A stretch of 64,000 bases of DNA from Thauera sp. GTDB lineage: Bacteria; Pseudomonadota; Gammaproteobacteria; Burkholderiales; Rhodocyclaceae. The notes under the pieces are model-generated. The model saw nothing but the letters and a program-made list of their open reading frames with translations. It searched no databases and had not been told where the DNA came from. Position 1 is the stretch's first letter. Each line of letters begins with the position of its first letter. Location of the stretch: the NCBI GenBank assembly GCA_003446655.1, contig DMCZ01000076.1, forward strand, positions 12,089 to 76,088, given 5' to 3'. Shown in pieces: positions 34,022-47,539 of the stretch. Position numbers and translations under genes: made by a program.

Positions 34022-35032
34022 TCAACGCCGATTGGCAAGCCGCAATGCAAGCTGCAGGAATTCGTCCCACACGTCGCCGGCCGCGAGACCCTTGATCATG
34101 CGGTCGATGCGGGCAGCGTGCATGAGCGCGGCGCGCAGGCCGCCCTGGGTCAGGCGGCCGAGTGCCCGGCTGATGGCCTGCTGGCGGCGCGGATCGAAGA
34201 TGCGCTCTGCCTTGAACAGTGCGGGCAGCGGCTGTCCCGCATCGCGGCCGGCGCACAGGCTGGCCAGGCTGCGTGTCTCGTTGGCGAGCGCCCACAGCAC
34301 CAGCGGCGGCGCGGCGCCTTCACCCTTCAGGCCTTCGAGCAGGCGGGCGCAGCGGGCCGGATCGCCCTCGACCACCGCCTGACGCAGCTTGTCGATGTCG
34401 TAGCGGGCGACGTTGAGCACGGCGTCCTGGACCTGTTCGAGCGTCAGTGCGCCTTCGCCGTGGAGCAGTCCGAGCTTGAGAATTTCCTGGTGCGCGGCGA
34501 GCAGGTTGCCCTCGACGTGATCGGCGATGAAGGCGAGCGCCTCCGGGGGCGCGGACTGTTTCTGCGCGGCCAGCCGGCGACCGACCCACTCAGGCAGGCG
34601 TTCGCGTTCGGGGGCATTGAGCTCGATCGTTACCGCGGCTTCGGCAAGCGTCTTGAACCAGGCGGTCTTGCGCGTAGCCCAGTCGACCTCGGGCAGGGTG
34701 ATCAGGGTCAGGGTCTGCGCCGGGAGGTTGGTGATGTAGCGTTGCAGCGCCTCGCCGCCGTCGCGTCCCGGCTTGCCGGTGGGGATGCGCAGGTCGATCA
34801 GCTTCGCGCCGCCGAACAGCGACATGTTGCCGGCGGCCAGCGTCAGCGCGTCCCACTTGAAGCCCTGGCCGACGACCAGCGTTTCGCGCTCTTCAAAGCC
34901 TTGCCGGCGGGCGGCGGCGCGGATCGCGTCGGCGGCCTCGAGCACCAGCAGCGGCTCGTTGCCATGCAGCAGCCACAAGGGCGCGAGCGGACGCTCGAGC
35001 TGCGAAGCGAGCTGTTCGGGGCGCAGGTTCAT
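34022..35032 (-). CDS. holA: DNA polymerase III delta subunit
   Basis: [20 protein letters not shown] and [13 protein letters not shown] motifs. leuS-lptE-holA synteny. Confidence 0.95.
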   Translation of the reverse strand: MNLRPEQLASQLERPLAPLWLLHGNEPLLVLEAADAIRAAARRQGFEERETLVVGQGFKWDALTLAAGNMSLFGGAKLIDLRIPTGKPGRDGGEALQRYITNLPAQTLTLITLPEVDWATRKTAWFKTLAEAAVTIELNAPERERLPEWVGRRLAAQKQSAPPEALAFIADHVEGNLLAAHQEILKLGLLHGEGALTLEQVQDAVLNVARYDIDKLRQAVVEGDPARCARLLEGLKGEGAAPPLVLWALANETRSLASLCAGRDAGQPLPALFKAERIFDPRRQQAISRALGRLTQGGLRAALMHAARIDRMIKGLAAGDVWDEFLQLALRLANRR

Positions 35033-35138
35033 GGGCGCACTCTCAAGGGCGTGCAGCCGCGCGGGCGTTGTGTCGCAATCCTGCTCGAGCGCAGGGTCGC
35101 TTGCGCCTCTGCAGGAGCGCCGAGATGCCCATTTGTCC

Positions 35139-35759
35139 TCAGCCCGCGCGGCGGGCTGCCGCCAGGCGGCGCATCATCTGCTGCACGAGGTCTGCCTGCA
35201 TGTCGCGATAGAGCAGGTTCTCCTCCTGTTCCTTGCCGAGTACCTGTGAGTCGTCGAAGGTATATTCGCGCCGCGCCGAGAGGTTGGTCGGGGGGATCAG
35301 CGGGGTCCCGGTCTTGTCGAGGAGCTGGAAGCGCAGGGTCTGGGTGAGCTGGTATTCGCGCACCTTGCCCGCGCCGGTCAGGCTCAGGATCTCGCGGCCG
35401 CGGTTATTGGAGAGGATCTGCAGGCGGGCGTCTGCCTGCTCGGCGTTTTCGATCGCGGTCGTCGTGCCGCTGGTGGCGATCAGGCGGCGCAGCTGGGCCC
35501 CGAGCTCGGTCTCGGCGGGTGTATTGATGTGCACCGTTGCGAAGTCCAGCGCCTGCGGTCCGCGCAGACGGAAGCCGCAGCCCGACAACAGCAGCGCCGC
35601 CGCGGCGCCGCTGGCCAGGAGCAGCCGGCGGCGAGGTGGCGCCCGGTCAGCCGGCCCGACGCTGTCCGCTTGCGGCCAGGGCTGCGCAGCCGCCCGACTG
35701 GAGGGGACGGTGTGTGCCTGGGCCCCGGCGGAAGCGTTGTTCGGGTTGCGAGCGGACAT
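35139..35759 (-). CDS. lptE: LPS assembly lipoprotein
   Basis: LSGCGFRLRG lipobox, G.VREYQL and KEQEE..LY.DM motifs. Start uncertain. Confidence 0.92.
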   Translation of the reverse strand: MSARNPNNASAGAQAHTVPSSRAAAQPWPQADSVGPADRAPPRRRLLLASGAAAALLLSGCGFRLRGPQALDFATVHINTPAETELGAQLRRLIATSGTTTAIENAEQADARLQILSNNRGREILSLTGAGKVREYQLTQTLRFQLLDKTGTPLIPPTNLSARREYTFDDSQVLGKEQEENLLYRDMQADLVQQMMRRLAAARRAG

Positions 35760-35770
35760 GCGCGGCCTCC

Positions 35771-38653
<2,883 letters not shown>

Positions 38654-38980
38654 TCAGGCGACGCGATGCGAGTTGCCGCCGTGGCGGTTCCACTGCGCGT
38701 GGAAAGCCGCGAACACGTCCTCCATCGCCAGCAGCGGCAGGCGCCACATGCGGTTCTGCGCACGCACGTAGGGGACGACGCGCGGGGTGCACAGGGTGGA
38801 GCGCTCTTCCTCGAGCAGGCGGACGAAGTGATCCATGGCCGAGCCCCAGTATTCGGCATTGCCCACCCAGCCGGTTTCGAGGGTTGCTTCGCGCACGGCC
38901 TTGCGCCACAGCGCTTCGGCACGTTCGAGGGACACACCCGCCTTGCGGGCATACCAGGGCAGCAGTTTCGGCGTTTTCAT
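38654..38980 (-). CDS. Hypothetical 108-aa helical protein
   Basis: GGAGA RBS upstream of ATG 38980, protein-like composition (MKTPKLLPWYARKAG...), own terminator. Confidence 0.8.
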   Translation of the reverse strand: MKTPKLLPWYARKAGVSLERAEALWRKAVREATLETGWVGNAEYWGSAMDHFVRLLEEERSTLCTPRVVPYVRAQNRMWRLPLLAMEDVFAAFHAQWNRHGGNSHRVA

Positions 38981-39096
38981 GATGCGTTCTCCATTCGGGC
39001 CGGGGTACGGCGCCATCTTCGGCCGGCGGCTTCCTGGGCTGCCGGTCCAGTGCTGGTGTTGTGGCGCAATATTGAAGCCGCGCCTTGCTCTAGTAA

Positions 39097-39110
39097 TTGA
39101 TTCTGAACAA
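39097..39110. promoter_or_regulatory. FNR/ANR-like box
   Basis: TTGAT-TCTG-AACAA, one mismatch to TTGAT-N4-ATCAA, in an AT-rich intergenic region. Confidence 0.55.
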
Positions 39111-39157
39111 ATCGGATCTCGAATGCCGTGAATTGGTTCCGCTTTCTCGAGATTATT

Positions 39158-39172
39158 TTGTGCAGTGCACAA
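39158..39172. promoter_or_regulatory. Perfect palindromic operator (PhaR-like TGC-N3-GCA core)
   Basis: TTGTGCA-G-TGCACAA. Confidence 0.5.
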
Positions 39173-39300
39173 CCCAAATCTAGCTGAAACTCTGTTCCCT
39201 GCAAGCGACATGTTGTTTCTACGCAACATATCGGCGCACGAATCCGGGTTCGGCCAGGCGAAGCGGTGCCGATACAATTCGGGTTCGAAGAGGAACCACG

Positions 39301-41517
39301 ATGTCGACGCTGCTAGCCAATCTCAATCCCGAACAGCTCCAGGCAGTCACCCTGCCGCCGCAGCACGCCCTGATCCTGGCCGGTGCGGGCTCGGGCAAGA
39401 CGCGGGTGCTCACCACCCGCATCGCCTGGCTGATCCAGTCCGGCCAGGTCGACCCGGCCGGCATCCTGGCGGTTACATTCACAAACAAAGCCGCCAAGGA
39501 AATGCTCGCCCGCCTGTCGTCCATGCTGCCGGTGAGCACCCGCGGCCTGTGGATCGGCACCTTCCACGGGCTGGCCAACCGCCTGCTGCGCGCCCATCAT
39601 CGCGACGCCGGGCTGCCGCAGCTGTTCCAGATCCTCGATTCGGGCGACCAGCTCGCTGCCATCAAGCGCCTGCTGAAGACGCTCAACGTCGACGACGAGA
39701 AATTCCCGCCGCGCGAACTGCAGCACTTCATCAATGGCCAGAAGGAAGCCGGCAACCGGCCGCATGCGGTCGAGGCCTGGGACGACTACACCCGCCAGCG
39801 CGTTCAGCTCTACCAGGAGTATGAAGCCCAGTGCCAGCGCGAGTCTGTTGTGGATTTTGCGGAGTTGCTGCTGCGCAGCTACGAGCTGCTCGAGCGCAAC
39901 GAGCCGCTGCGCCGCCACTACCAGCGCCGCTTCCGCCACATCCTGGTCGACGAGTTCCAGGACACCAACCGCCTGCAGTACCGCTGGCTGAAGCTGTTCG
40001 CCGACGAGGGGCGCGAGGGCGGCGCGGCGATGTTCTGCGTCGGCGACGACGACCAGAGCATCTACCGCTTCCGCGGCGCCGAGGTCGGCAACATGCGCGA
40101 CTTCGAGCGCGAATTCCGCGTGCACAACGTCATCCGCCTGGAGCAGAACTACCGCTCGCACAGCAACATCCTTGATGCCGCCAACGCGATCATCCGCCAC
40201 AACAGCAACCGCCTGGGCAAGAACCTGTGGACCGACCAGGGCGCGGGCGAGCCGATCCGCGTGTTCGAGGCCTACTCCGACGGCGACGAGGCGCGCTGGA
40301 TCGTCGACGAGATCCAGTCGCTGGTGCGCGACGGCGCGCTACGCAGCGAGATCGCGCTGCTGTACCGCTCGAACGCGCAGTCGCGGGTGCTCGAGCACCA
40401 GCTGTTCTCCGCCGGCATCCCCTACCGCGTGTATGGCGGCCTGCGTTTCTTCGAGCGCCAGGAGATCAAGCACGCGCTCGCCTACCTGCGCCTGATCGCC
40501 AATCCGGACGACGACACCTCGTTTGTACGCGTGGTGAACTTCCCCACCCGCGGCATCGGCGCGCGCTCGCTCGAGGCGCTGACCGACGCCGCCCGCGTCT
40601 ACAACACCAGCCTGTACGCCACCGTCCCGCACCTGACCGGCAAGCCGGGCACTTCGCTCGCCCAGTTCGTGCGCCTCGTCGAGGATCTGCGCCGCGACAC
40701 CACCGGGCTGCCGCTGCCCGAGCTGGTCGACCACGTGCTCGAGCTGAGCGGCCTGCGCGCGCACTACAAGGCCGACAAGGAAGGCCGCGAGCGGCTGGAG
40801 AACCTTGACGAGCTGATCAATGCCGCAGCCAACTTCCTCGCCGAGGCGCAGGCCGATGCCGGGCAGCTGGCGCAGCCGCACGCGCTGCTTGCGGATTTCC
40901 TCGCCCACGCCTCGCTCGAGGCCGGCGACCACCAGGCGGACCAGGGCGCAGACGCGGTGCAGCTGATGACGGTGCACTCGGCCAAGGGGCTGGAGTTCAA
41001 CGTGGTGTTCCTGTCCGGCCTCGAGGAGGGGCTCTTTCCCCACGACAACAGCATTCTCGAGGCAGATGGCCTGGAGGAGGAGCGCCGGCTGATGTACGTG
41101 GCCGTCACGCGGGCGCGCGAGCGGCTGTACCTGTCCTTCGCGCAGAGCCGCATGCTGCACGGGCAGACGCGCTACAACCTGCGCTCGCGCTTCCTGGAGG
41201 AGATCCCAGCCGGGCTCACCAAGTGGCTGACGCCGCCGAACCCGCGCTCGGCTGCCGGCGGGGCGATGGGCGGCATGGGCGGCGGCTATTTCAAGCCTTC
41301 GCCCACACCGGCCCCGGTGCAGCGTGCGCCACGGCCGGGCTTCGCGACCTTGCCCAACGGCCTGCGCATCGGGCAGTCGGTGAGCCACGCGAAGTTCGGT
41401 CAGGGTGTGATCGTCGCCGCCGAAGGCAGCGGCAGCGATGCCAAGGTGCAGATCAACTTCGGGCCGGCCGGTGTGAAATGGCTGCTGCTCGCGGTGGCGA
41501 AGCTCGAGCCGGTGTGA
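39301..41517 (+). CDS. uvrD: DNA helicase II
   Basis: AGAGSGKT, VDEFQDTN, VGDDDQSIY, LEQNYRS and EERRLMYVAVTRA motifs. Confidence 0.96.
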   Translation: MSTLLANLNPEQLQAVTLPPQHALILAGAGSGKTRVLTTRIAWLIQSGQVDPAGILAVTFTNKAAKEMLARLSSMLPVSTRGLWIGTFHGLANRLLRAHHRDAGLPQLFQILDSGDQLAAIKRLLKTLNVDDEKFPPRELQHFINGQKEAGNRPHAVEAWDDYTRQRVQLYQEYEAQCQRESVVDFAELLLRSYELLERNEPLRRHYQRRFRHILVDEFQDTNRLQYRWLKLFADEGREGGAAMFCVGDDDQSIYRFRGAEVGNMRDFEREFRVHNVIRLEQNYRSHSNILDAANAIIRHNSNRLGKNLWTDQGAGEPIRVFEAYSDGDEARWIVDEIQSLVRDGALRSEIALLYRSNAQSRVLEHQLFSAGIPYRVYGGLRFFERQEIKHALAYLRLIANPDDDTSFVRVVNFPTRGIGARSLEALTDAARVYNTSLYATVPHLTGKPGTSLAQFVRLVEDLRRDTTGLPLPELVDHVLELSGLRAHYKADKEGRERLENLDELINAAANFLAEAQADAGQLAQPHALLADFLAHASLEAGDHQADQGADAVQLMTVHSAKGLEFNVVFLSGLEEGLFPHDNSILEADGLEEERRLMYVAVTRARERLYLSFAQSRMLHGQTRYNLRSRFLEEIPAGLTKWLTPPNPRSAAGGAMGGMGGGYFKPSPTPAPVQRAPRPGFATLPNGLRIGQSVSHAKFGQGVIVAAEGSGSDAKVQINFGPAGVKWLLLAVAKLEPV

Positions 41518-41556
41518 TGCCTGCCCGCCGCCCCGGTCGAGGGCGGTGGGCGCGCC

Positions 41557-42426
41557 TCAGGCGGGCGCTTCGCTCTGCTGGCGGTCGAAGCTGTAGATGA
41601 TGTCGTCGGCCAGGTCCTCGAGCTCGGTGACCGAGTAGCCGAGGAAATGCGCCGCCTGCTCGCGGCCCTTGTCCCATTCGGCATCGCGGCGGGTGCGCAG
41701 ATGGGTGCCGGCGATGTACTCGGCGACCACGTTGACCGCGATGAGCGTGCGCGACTCCGGCTCGAGCGTGGCCTCCTCGACCAGCACCGAGTAGTCGTGA
41801 TGGCACAGGATGCCCCGGCATACGGCCTCGGTCAGGCCCCAGGAGCGCGCGAGGATGTAGCCGATGGTGGCGTGGTTGGTACCGAGCGCCTCGTCCTCGA
41901 CTTCGGTGAACCAGCGCTCGGTCGCCTGGTTGGCGGTGGCGAGGACCTGCTTGTAGTTGGGGAAGCGCTTGACCAGCAGCGGGATGCCGCAGTCGTGGAA
42001 GAGGCCGAAGGTGTAGGCCGTCTCGGCGCGGGCGCAGCCGGTCTTGCGCGCGATCAGCGCGCTGGCGGCGGCGGTGTAGCGCGAGTTGTCCCAGAAGCGC
42101 TCGAGCGCGGCGCCCGGCTCGGCGATCGCGCTGCGCAGCAGCGCTTCCTGAACGAGGTTTGTGAGCATGCCGAAGCCGAGCAGGCGGATTGCCTCGTCGA
42201 CCGAACCGATGCGCCGCCCGCTGCCGAAGAATGGGGAGTTGGCCGACTTCACCACCACCGCGGCGAGCCCGACGTCCTTGCCGATGAGGGCGGCGATGCG
42301 CTTGCCGCTGACCTGGGGCTGGCGCAGCTCGTCCATCAGTTGCGCGAGCACCGCCGGACAGGAGGGGATGGTCACCCCCTTCACCGCCTGTTCCAGGTTG
42401 TGCTCCTTGCGCGCCGGTGCGTTCAT
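41557..42426 (-). CDS. Stand-alone HDOD domain protein
   Basis: IPSCP, ANSPFFG, GLFHDCG and NHATIGY.LARSWGL motifs. Confidence 0.9.
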   Translation of the reverse strand: MNAPARKEHNLEQAVKGVTIPSCPAVLAQLMDELRQPQVSGKRIAALIGKDVGLAAVVVKSANSPFFGSGRRIGSVDEAIRLLGFGMLTNLVQEALLRSAIAEPGAALERFWDNSRYTAAASALIARKTGCARAETAYTFGLFHDCGIPLLVKRFPNYKQVLATANQATERWFTEVEDEALGTNHATIGYILARSWGLTEAVCRGILCHHDYSVLVEEATLEPESRTLIAVNVVAEYIAGTHLRTRRDAEWDKGREQAAHFLGYSVTELEDLADDIIYSFDRQQSEAPA

Positions 42427-42577
42427 CGTCTCGTTCTCCCTCGTCTCCTTGTCCAAGCTTGCAACGTAGCACGCAGCCGCGGCGGCGGCGGCCGCTTCCG
42501 GCGGGCGTCCGTGGAAAACTGCGCACCGGCCCGCGCGCCGGTCTCAACCGCGGTTCGCATGCACCGCGGCGTTGCGC

Positions 42578-43975
42578 TCAGAAGGGCAGCGCAAGCCCCG
42601 GCCACACCCGCGCGATCGCGTCGCGGAAGGCCGCCTGGATCGCGGCCAGCGCGCTGCGGTCGTCGGCCTCGAAGCGCAGCACCACCACCGGCGTGGTATT
42701 CGACGGCCGCGCCAGGCCAAAGCCCCGGGCGAACTCGACGCGCACGCCGTCGAGCGTGATCACCTCGCGTGCGCCGGGGAAGCAGGACGGCGCGGCGAGC
42801 GCCGCCTCGCGCAGCCGGCGCACGAGCTCGAAGGGCTCGCCTTCGGCCATCTTCAGGTTGAGCTCCGGCGTGCTCACCGCGTCGGGCAGCGCCTTCAGCG
42901 CGGCGTTGGCATCGGCGCGCGCGGACAGGATCTCGAGCAGGCGGGCGCCGGCGTACAGCCCGTCGTCGAAGCCGAACCAGCGCTCCTTGAAGAACATGTG
43001 GCCGCTCATCTCGCCGGCGAGCGGCGCGCCGGTCTCCTTGAGCTTGGCCTTCACCAGCGCGTGGCCAGTGTTCCACATCGTCGGCTTGCCGCCGCGGGCG
43101 CGGATCCAGGGCGCGAGGTTCCGCGTGCATTTGACGTCGTAGATGATCTCGCCGCCCGGCACGCGCGCGAGCACGTCCTCGGCGAACAGCATCAGCTGGC
43201 GGTCGGGGAAGATGATCTCGCCGTCCTTGGTCACCACGCCGAGGCGGTCGCCGTCGCCGTCGAAGGCGAGGCCCAGCTCGGCGTCCGTGTCGCGCAGCGC
43301 GCGGATCACGTCCTGCAGGTTCTCCGGTTTCGACGGGTCGGGGTGGTGGTTGGGGAAATTGCCGTCGACCTCGCAGAACAGCTCGACCACCTCGCAGCCG
43401 AGGCGGCGGAAGAGCTCGGGAGCGATGCCGCCGGCGACGCCGTTGCCACAGTCGACGACGATCTTCATCGGGCGCGCGAGCTTCACGTCGGCGGCGATGC
43501 GGTCGATGTAGGCGGCGCGCACGTCGGCCGTGCACAGCGCGCCGGCGCCATGGGCGAGCTCGTCCTCGGCGATGCGCCGGCGCAGCCCCTGGATCATGTC
43601 GCCGTGCAGGGTCTGGCCGCCGAGCACCATCTTGAGGCCGTTGTAGTCGGGCGGGTTGTGGCTGCCGGTGACCGACACGCAGGAGTCGCAACCGAGCTGG
43701 TAGGCGGCGAAATAGGTGAGCGGCGTGGGCACGCAGCCGATGTCGATGACGTCCACGCCGGCGGCGCGGATGCCGTCGGCCAGCGCGCCGGCGAGCGCCG
43801 GGCCGGACAGGCGGCCGTCGCGGCCGACGGCGATCGCCGCCTGAGCGCGCGCGACCGCCTCGCTGCCGAGGGCGTGGCCGATCGCGCGCACCGCATCGGG
43901 GGTGAGCACGGTATCGACGATGCCGCGGATGTCGTAGGCCTTGAAGATTTCGGGGGCTGGCAGGGCGTGGGGCAT
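42578..43975 (-). CDS. Phosphomannomutase/phosphoglucomutase (AlgC-like)
   Basis: [21 protein letters not shown] and GEMSGH motifs. Confidence 0.95.
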   Translation of the reverse strand: MPHALPAPEIFKAYDIRGIVDTVLTPDAVRAIGHALGSEAVARAQAAIAVGRDGRLSGPALAGALADGIRAAGVDVIDIGCVPTPLTYFAAYQLGCDSCVSVTGSHNPPDYNGLKMVLGGQTLHGDMIQGLRRRIAEDELAHGAGALCTADVRAAYIDRIAADVKLARPMKIVVDCGNGVAGGIAPELFRRLGCEVVELFCEVDGNFPNHHPDPSKPENLQDVIRALRDTDAELGLAFDGDGDRLGVVTKDGEIIFPDRQLMLFAEDVLARVPGGEIIYDVKCTRNLAPWIRARGGKPTMWNTGHALVKAKLKETGAPLAGEMSGHMFFKERWFGFDDGLYAGARLLEILSARADANAALKALPDAVSTPELNLKMAEGEPFELVRRLREAALAAPSCFPGAREVITLDGVRVEFARGFGLARPSNTTPVVVLRFEADDRSALAAIQAAFRDAIARVWPGLALPF

Positions 43976-44217
43976 GGTGTCTGGAGGCATTGGAGGTCAG
44001 GGAACGCGGCCTGATGGTCGCAGGCCGCGTTTGCGGCCGGGCGCGCGGCTGCCGGATTCTATGCTGCGTTGCGGTGTCTTGCATGTGCAGGATGTCCGGT
44101 GCGGGGAGGCTCTTGCGGAATCGCTGTCGCGGGCGGCGCTTCGGTCGCGCTCATTTACAATCCGGCCACCAGTGGGCCGGGCAGGTCCTCTTTCTCGTTC
44201 GCGGAGCACGTTCGTCC

Positions 44218-45102
44218 ATGAGTCAACGCAAGGGCATCATCCTCGCCGGCGGTTCCGGCACCCGGCTGCATCCAGCGACCCTGGCGGTCTCCAAGCAGCT
44301 GCTGCCGGTGTACGACAAGCCGATGGTCTATTACCCGCTCGCCACGCTGATGCTGGCGGGCATTCGCGAAATCCTGGTGATCTCGACGCCGCAGGACACA
44401 CCGCGCTTCGAGCAGCTGCTCGGCGACGGCAGTCGCTGGGGCATCCGACTGCAGTATGCGGTGCAGGCCAGCCCGGACGGGCTAGCGCAGGCGCTGCTGA
44501 TCGCCGAGGCCTTTCTGGATGGCTCGCCGTCCGCGCTGGTCCTCGGTGACAACCTCTTCTACGGCCACGATTTCGCCGCCGAGCTGCGCGCCGCCTCGGC
44601 GCGCACCGAGGGCGCCAGCGTGTTCGCCTACCCGGTGCATGACCCCGAGCGCTACGGCGTGGTCGAGTTCGATGCCGCCGGCCGCGCGGTCAGCCTGGAG
44701 GAGAAGCCCGCGCGGCCCAAGAGCCGCTACGCGGTGACCGGGCTGTACTTCTATGATCAGCGTGCGGTCGAGTTCGCGCGCGGCCTCAGGCCCAGCGCAC
44801 GCGGCGAGCTCGAGATCACCGACCTGAACCGCCTCTATCTGGAGCGGGGCGCGCTCGCGGTGCAGGTGATGGGCCGCGGCCATGCCTGGCTCGACACGGG
44901 CACGCACGAGAGCCTGCTCGAGGCCGGGATGTTCATTCAGACCCTCGAGAAGCGCCAGGGCCTGAAGATCGCCTGCCCGGAGGAGATCGCCTGGCGTGCG
45001 GGCTGGATCGATGCCGCGCAGCTGCGCGCGCTGGCCCAGCCGCTGGCCAAGAGCGGCTATGGGCAATACCTGTTGCGCCTGCTCGAAGATCGGGTGTTCT
45101 GA
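44218..45102 (+). CDS. rfbA: Glucose-1-phosphate thymidylyltransferase
   Basis: [28 protein letters not shown] and RGELEITD motifs. Confidence 0.97.
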   Translation: MSQRKGIILAGGSGTRLHPATLAVSKQLLPVYDKPMVYYPLATLMLAGIREILVISTPQDTPRFEQLLGDGSRWGIRLQYAVQASPDGLAQALLIAEAFLDGSPSALVLGDNLFYGHDFAAELRAASARTEGASVFAYPVHDPERYGVVEFDAAGRAVSLEEKPARPKSRYAVTGLYFYDQRAVEFARGLRPSARGELEITDLNRLYLERGALAVQVMGRGHAWLDTGTHESLLEAGMFIQTLEKRQGLKIACPEEIAWRAGWIDAAQLRALAQPLAKSGYGQYLLRLLEDRVF

Positions 45103-45650
45103 TGAAGGCGACCCCGACCGCACTGCCCGAGGTGCTGCTGCTCGAGCCAAAGCTGTTCGGCGACGCGCGCGGCTTCTTCCTCGAGAGCTGGAACGCGCGC
45201 ACCTTCCGCGAGCTGACCGGGCTCGACGTCGATTTCGTGCAGGACAACCACTCGCGCTCGGCACGCGGCGTGCTGCGCGGCCTGCACTACCAGCTGCAGC
45301 AGCCGCAGGGCAAGCTGGTGCGCGTGGTGCGCGGCCGCGTCTTCGACGTCGCGGTGGATGTGCGCCGCGACTCGCCGCGCTTCGGGCGCTGGGCAGGCGT
45401 CGAGCTGAGCGAGGACGACCACCGCCAGCTGTGGATCCCGCCCGGCTTCGCCCACGGTTTCCTGGTGCTCAGTGACTCGGCGGACTTCCTCTACAAGACG
45501 ACGGACTACTACGCGCCGGCGCATGAGCGCTGCATCGCCTGGGATGACCCCGACATCGGCATCGACTGGCCGCTGCAGGGCGATCCGGTACTGTCGGCGA
45601 AGGATGCGCAGGGCATGAGCCTTGCTGCCGCCGAGGTGTATGGCGGCTGA
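45102..45650 (+). CDS. rfbC: dTDP-4-dehydrorhamnose 3,5-epimerase
   Basis: FVQDNHS.S.RGVLRGLHYQ and GFAHGF motifs. Confidence 0.97.
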   Translation: MKATPTALPEVLLLEPKLFGDARGFFLESWNARTFRELTGLDVDFVQDNHSRSARGVLRGLHYQLQQPQGKLVRVVRGRVFDVAVDVRRDSPRFGRWAGVELSEDDHRQLWIPPGFAHGFLVLSDSADFLYKTTDYYAPAHERCIAWDDPDIGIDWPLQGDPVLSAKDAQGMSLAAAEVYGG

Positions 45651-45682
45651 GTTCCGGCGCCGGCTGCGATGAGCCTGATCGC

Positions 45683-46780
45683 TCATTGTCTTTGCCGCGA
45701 CTGCCAGCGGTGATGGCCGGACCGTGATGGATGCGCGCCGGACGCCGTGTGCCCGCCTCGGCGCGCGCGCTCGAAATGCCCCAGCACGCGCGCGGCCAGC
45801 CAGTCCTGGCTGCCCGGCCAGGCGCCTGCCAGGAAGCCGACGTGGCCGCCGTGGTCCGGACACTCGAAGCGCACCGTGGGCGGCAAGGCCTGCGCGTCGG
45901 GTAGCGCACGGGCGGGGACGAAGGGGTCGTTGGCGGCGTTGAGCACCAGAGTCGGCACGTCGATTCCGCCCAGCCATGGCCGCGCCGACGCCCGCCGCCA
46001 GTAGTCCTCTACTCCGGCAAAGCCATGGGCGGGTGCGGTGTAGGCATCGTCGAATTCAGCCAGAGTGCGTGCGCTCGCGACGCGTGCGGCGTCGAAGTGC
46101 CCGGGGTGGCGTTCGCACTTCGCCAGTGCCTTGTCGCGCAGGGTGACAAGGAAGTGGCGGGTGTAGATGCGGTTGAAGCCCCGGGCAAGCGCGTGGCCCG
46201 ACACCATCAGGTCGAGCGGGGCGCAGATTGCAGCGGCCGCTTCGACCACGGACTGCGCCGCGGAGCCGCGTTCTCCGAGCCATTTCAGCAGGGCATTGCC
46301 GCCGAGCGAGACGCCGGCGGCGAAGACCGGCGCGCCGCCCGCGATCTGCTGCAGGCGACGCAGGATCCAGTCGATTTCTTCGCTGTCGCCGGAGTGGTAG
46401 GCGCGCGGCAGGCGGTTCGGTGTCCCACTGCAGCCGCGGAAGTGGGGTACGACGCCGCGCCAGCCGAGGGCGCCGGCTGCCTGCATCAGGCTGCGCGCGT
46501 AGTGCGAGCGGCTGCTGCCCTCGAGGCCGTGGAAGAGGACGAGAACCGGGGCGCATTCGAGGTGCGCTGGCGTTGCCTCCGGCGTCGCCGGCACGCCCTG
46601 CGCCGTGATGACGGAGCCGGCGGGATCGAGCCAGTCGAGCTCGATGAAGTCGCCGTCGGGCGTCTCCCAGCGCTCACGCCGGTAGTTCGGCAGCGGCGCC
46701 TTGCGGGCCAGCGGAAAGATGGTCTGCAGATGGCCGCCGGGCAGCCACCACGGCGCGCGATAGGCGTGCAGGTCGCTCAA
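45683..46780 (-). CDS. YheT family alpha/beta hydrolase
   Basis: GGHLQTI, FHGLEGSS.SHY, GVSLGGN nucleophile elbow and GGHVGF. TTG start overlaps the upstream stop. Confidence 0.9.
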   Translation of the reverse strand: MSDLHAYRAPWWLPGGHLQTIFPLARKAPLPNYRRERWETPDGDFIELDWLDPAGSVITAQGVPATPEATPAHLECAPVLVLFHGLEGSSRSHYARSLMQAAGALGWRGVVPHFRGCSGTPNRLPRAYHSGDSEEIDWILRRLQQIAGGAPVFAAGVSLGGNALLKWLGERGSAAQSVVEAAAAICAPLDLMVSGHALARGFNRIYTRHFLVTLRDKALAKCERHPGHFDAARVASARTLAEFDDAYTAPAHGFAGVEDYWRRASARPWLGGIDVPTLVLNAANDPFVPARALPDAQALPPTVRFECPDHGGHVGFLAGAWPGSQDWLAARVLGHFERARRGGHTASGAHPSRSGHHRWQSRQRQ

Positions 46781-47205
46781 TGCACCACGCGTGGCGACAG
46801 GTCGCCGAAGTCCGTGTGCTCGGGGATCGGCGACGCATGATGCAGCACCATGCGCCAGCCGTTGGGCCCGCGCACATAGACGTTGGTCGCGGCCAGGGTC
46901 GGGCCGCGCTGCATCTGGCCCTCCGCGCCGACGCGCTCGAACACGCAGTGCATCGCCATCATTGCACTGGCGCTGATCACGGCCTGGCTGACGTCGATCT
47001 TCAGTGCGTTGCCATTGGACAGGATCTGCCGCCACGTCTCGCGCACGGCGGCGAGACCGACGATGCGCGGTCCGCCCGGATGGACACAGACGACTTCCTC
47101 TTCCTCGGACCAGACGGACATCAGTGCGTCCACATTGCCGTGGGCCAGCGCCTGGTAGAACGCGGCTTCGGCTTCCAGTGCGGTGGTGAAGTTGGCTTTG
47201 CTCAC
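46777..47205 (-). CDS. SnoaL-like/NTF2 family protein
   Basis: AFYQA, CVHPG and ATNVY.....GWRMVLHHAS motifs. Confidence 0.88.
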   Translation of the reverse strand: MSKANFTTALEAEAAFYQALAHGNVDALMSVWSEEEEVVCVHPGGPRIVGLAAVRETWRQILSNGNALKIDVSQAVISASAMMAMHCVFERVGAEGQMQRGPTLAATNVYVRGPNGWRMVLHHASPIPEHTDFGDLSPRVVH

Positions 47206-47257
47206 GGGATCGCTCTATGTGTTTTTCAAGGGGCGCATGCGCGAGTTCGGGTATCGC

Positions 47258-47284
47258 AAATGCAACGGGGGCCGAAGCCCCCGT
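47258..47284 (-). terminator. Terminator-like hairpin after ilvE/zinc-finger genes
   Basis: Minus strand reads ACGGGGGC-TTCG-GCCCCCGT-TGCATTT. Confidence 0.6.
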
Positions 47285-47314
47285 ATGCTCGAGACTGCGC
47301 GAACGCCGCCAGGT

Positions 47315-47515
47315 TCAGTGGTGACCCTTCGGACGCTCGCCGGTGAACACGTAGTGCGCGCTGCAATACGGGCACACCGCCTCGCCGGTCTTCAGGACGT
47401 CCAGGAACACGCGCGGGTGCCGGGCCCAAAGCGGCGCGCCCGGCGGCGGGCAGTGCAGCGGCAGGTCCTTGGCGGACACGATGATGGCGTGGGGCTTTTC
47501 GGTGGTTTCAACCAT
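47315..47515 (-). CDS. zf-CHCC zinc-finger protein
   Basis: LPLHCP...HPRVFL......CPYC. Confidence 0.9.
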   Translation of the reverse strand: MVETTEKPHAIIVSAKDLPLHCPPPGAPLWARHPRVFLDVLKTGEAVCPYCSAHYVFTGERPKGHH

Positions 47516-47539
47516 GTCGCAATCCTCGGAGCGTGGAAA

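Noticed and set aside
47205-47235. CTTGAAA sigma32-like -35 upstream of the SnoaL-like gene
   Set aside because: No matching -10 element, and it is too close to the start codon
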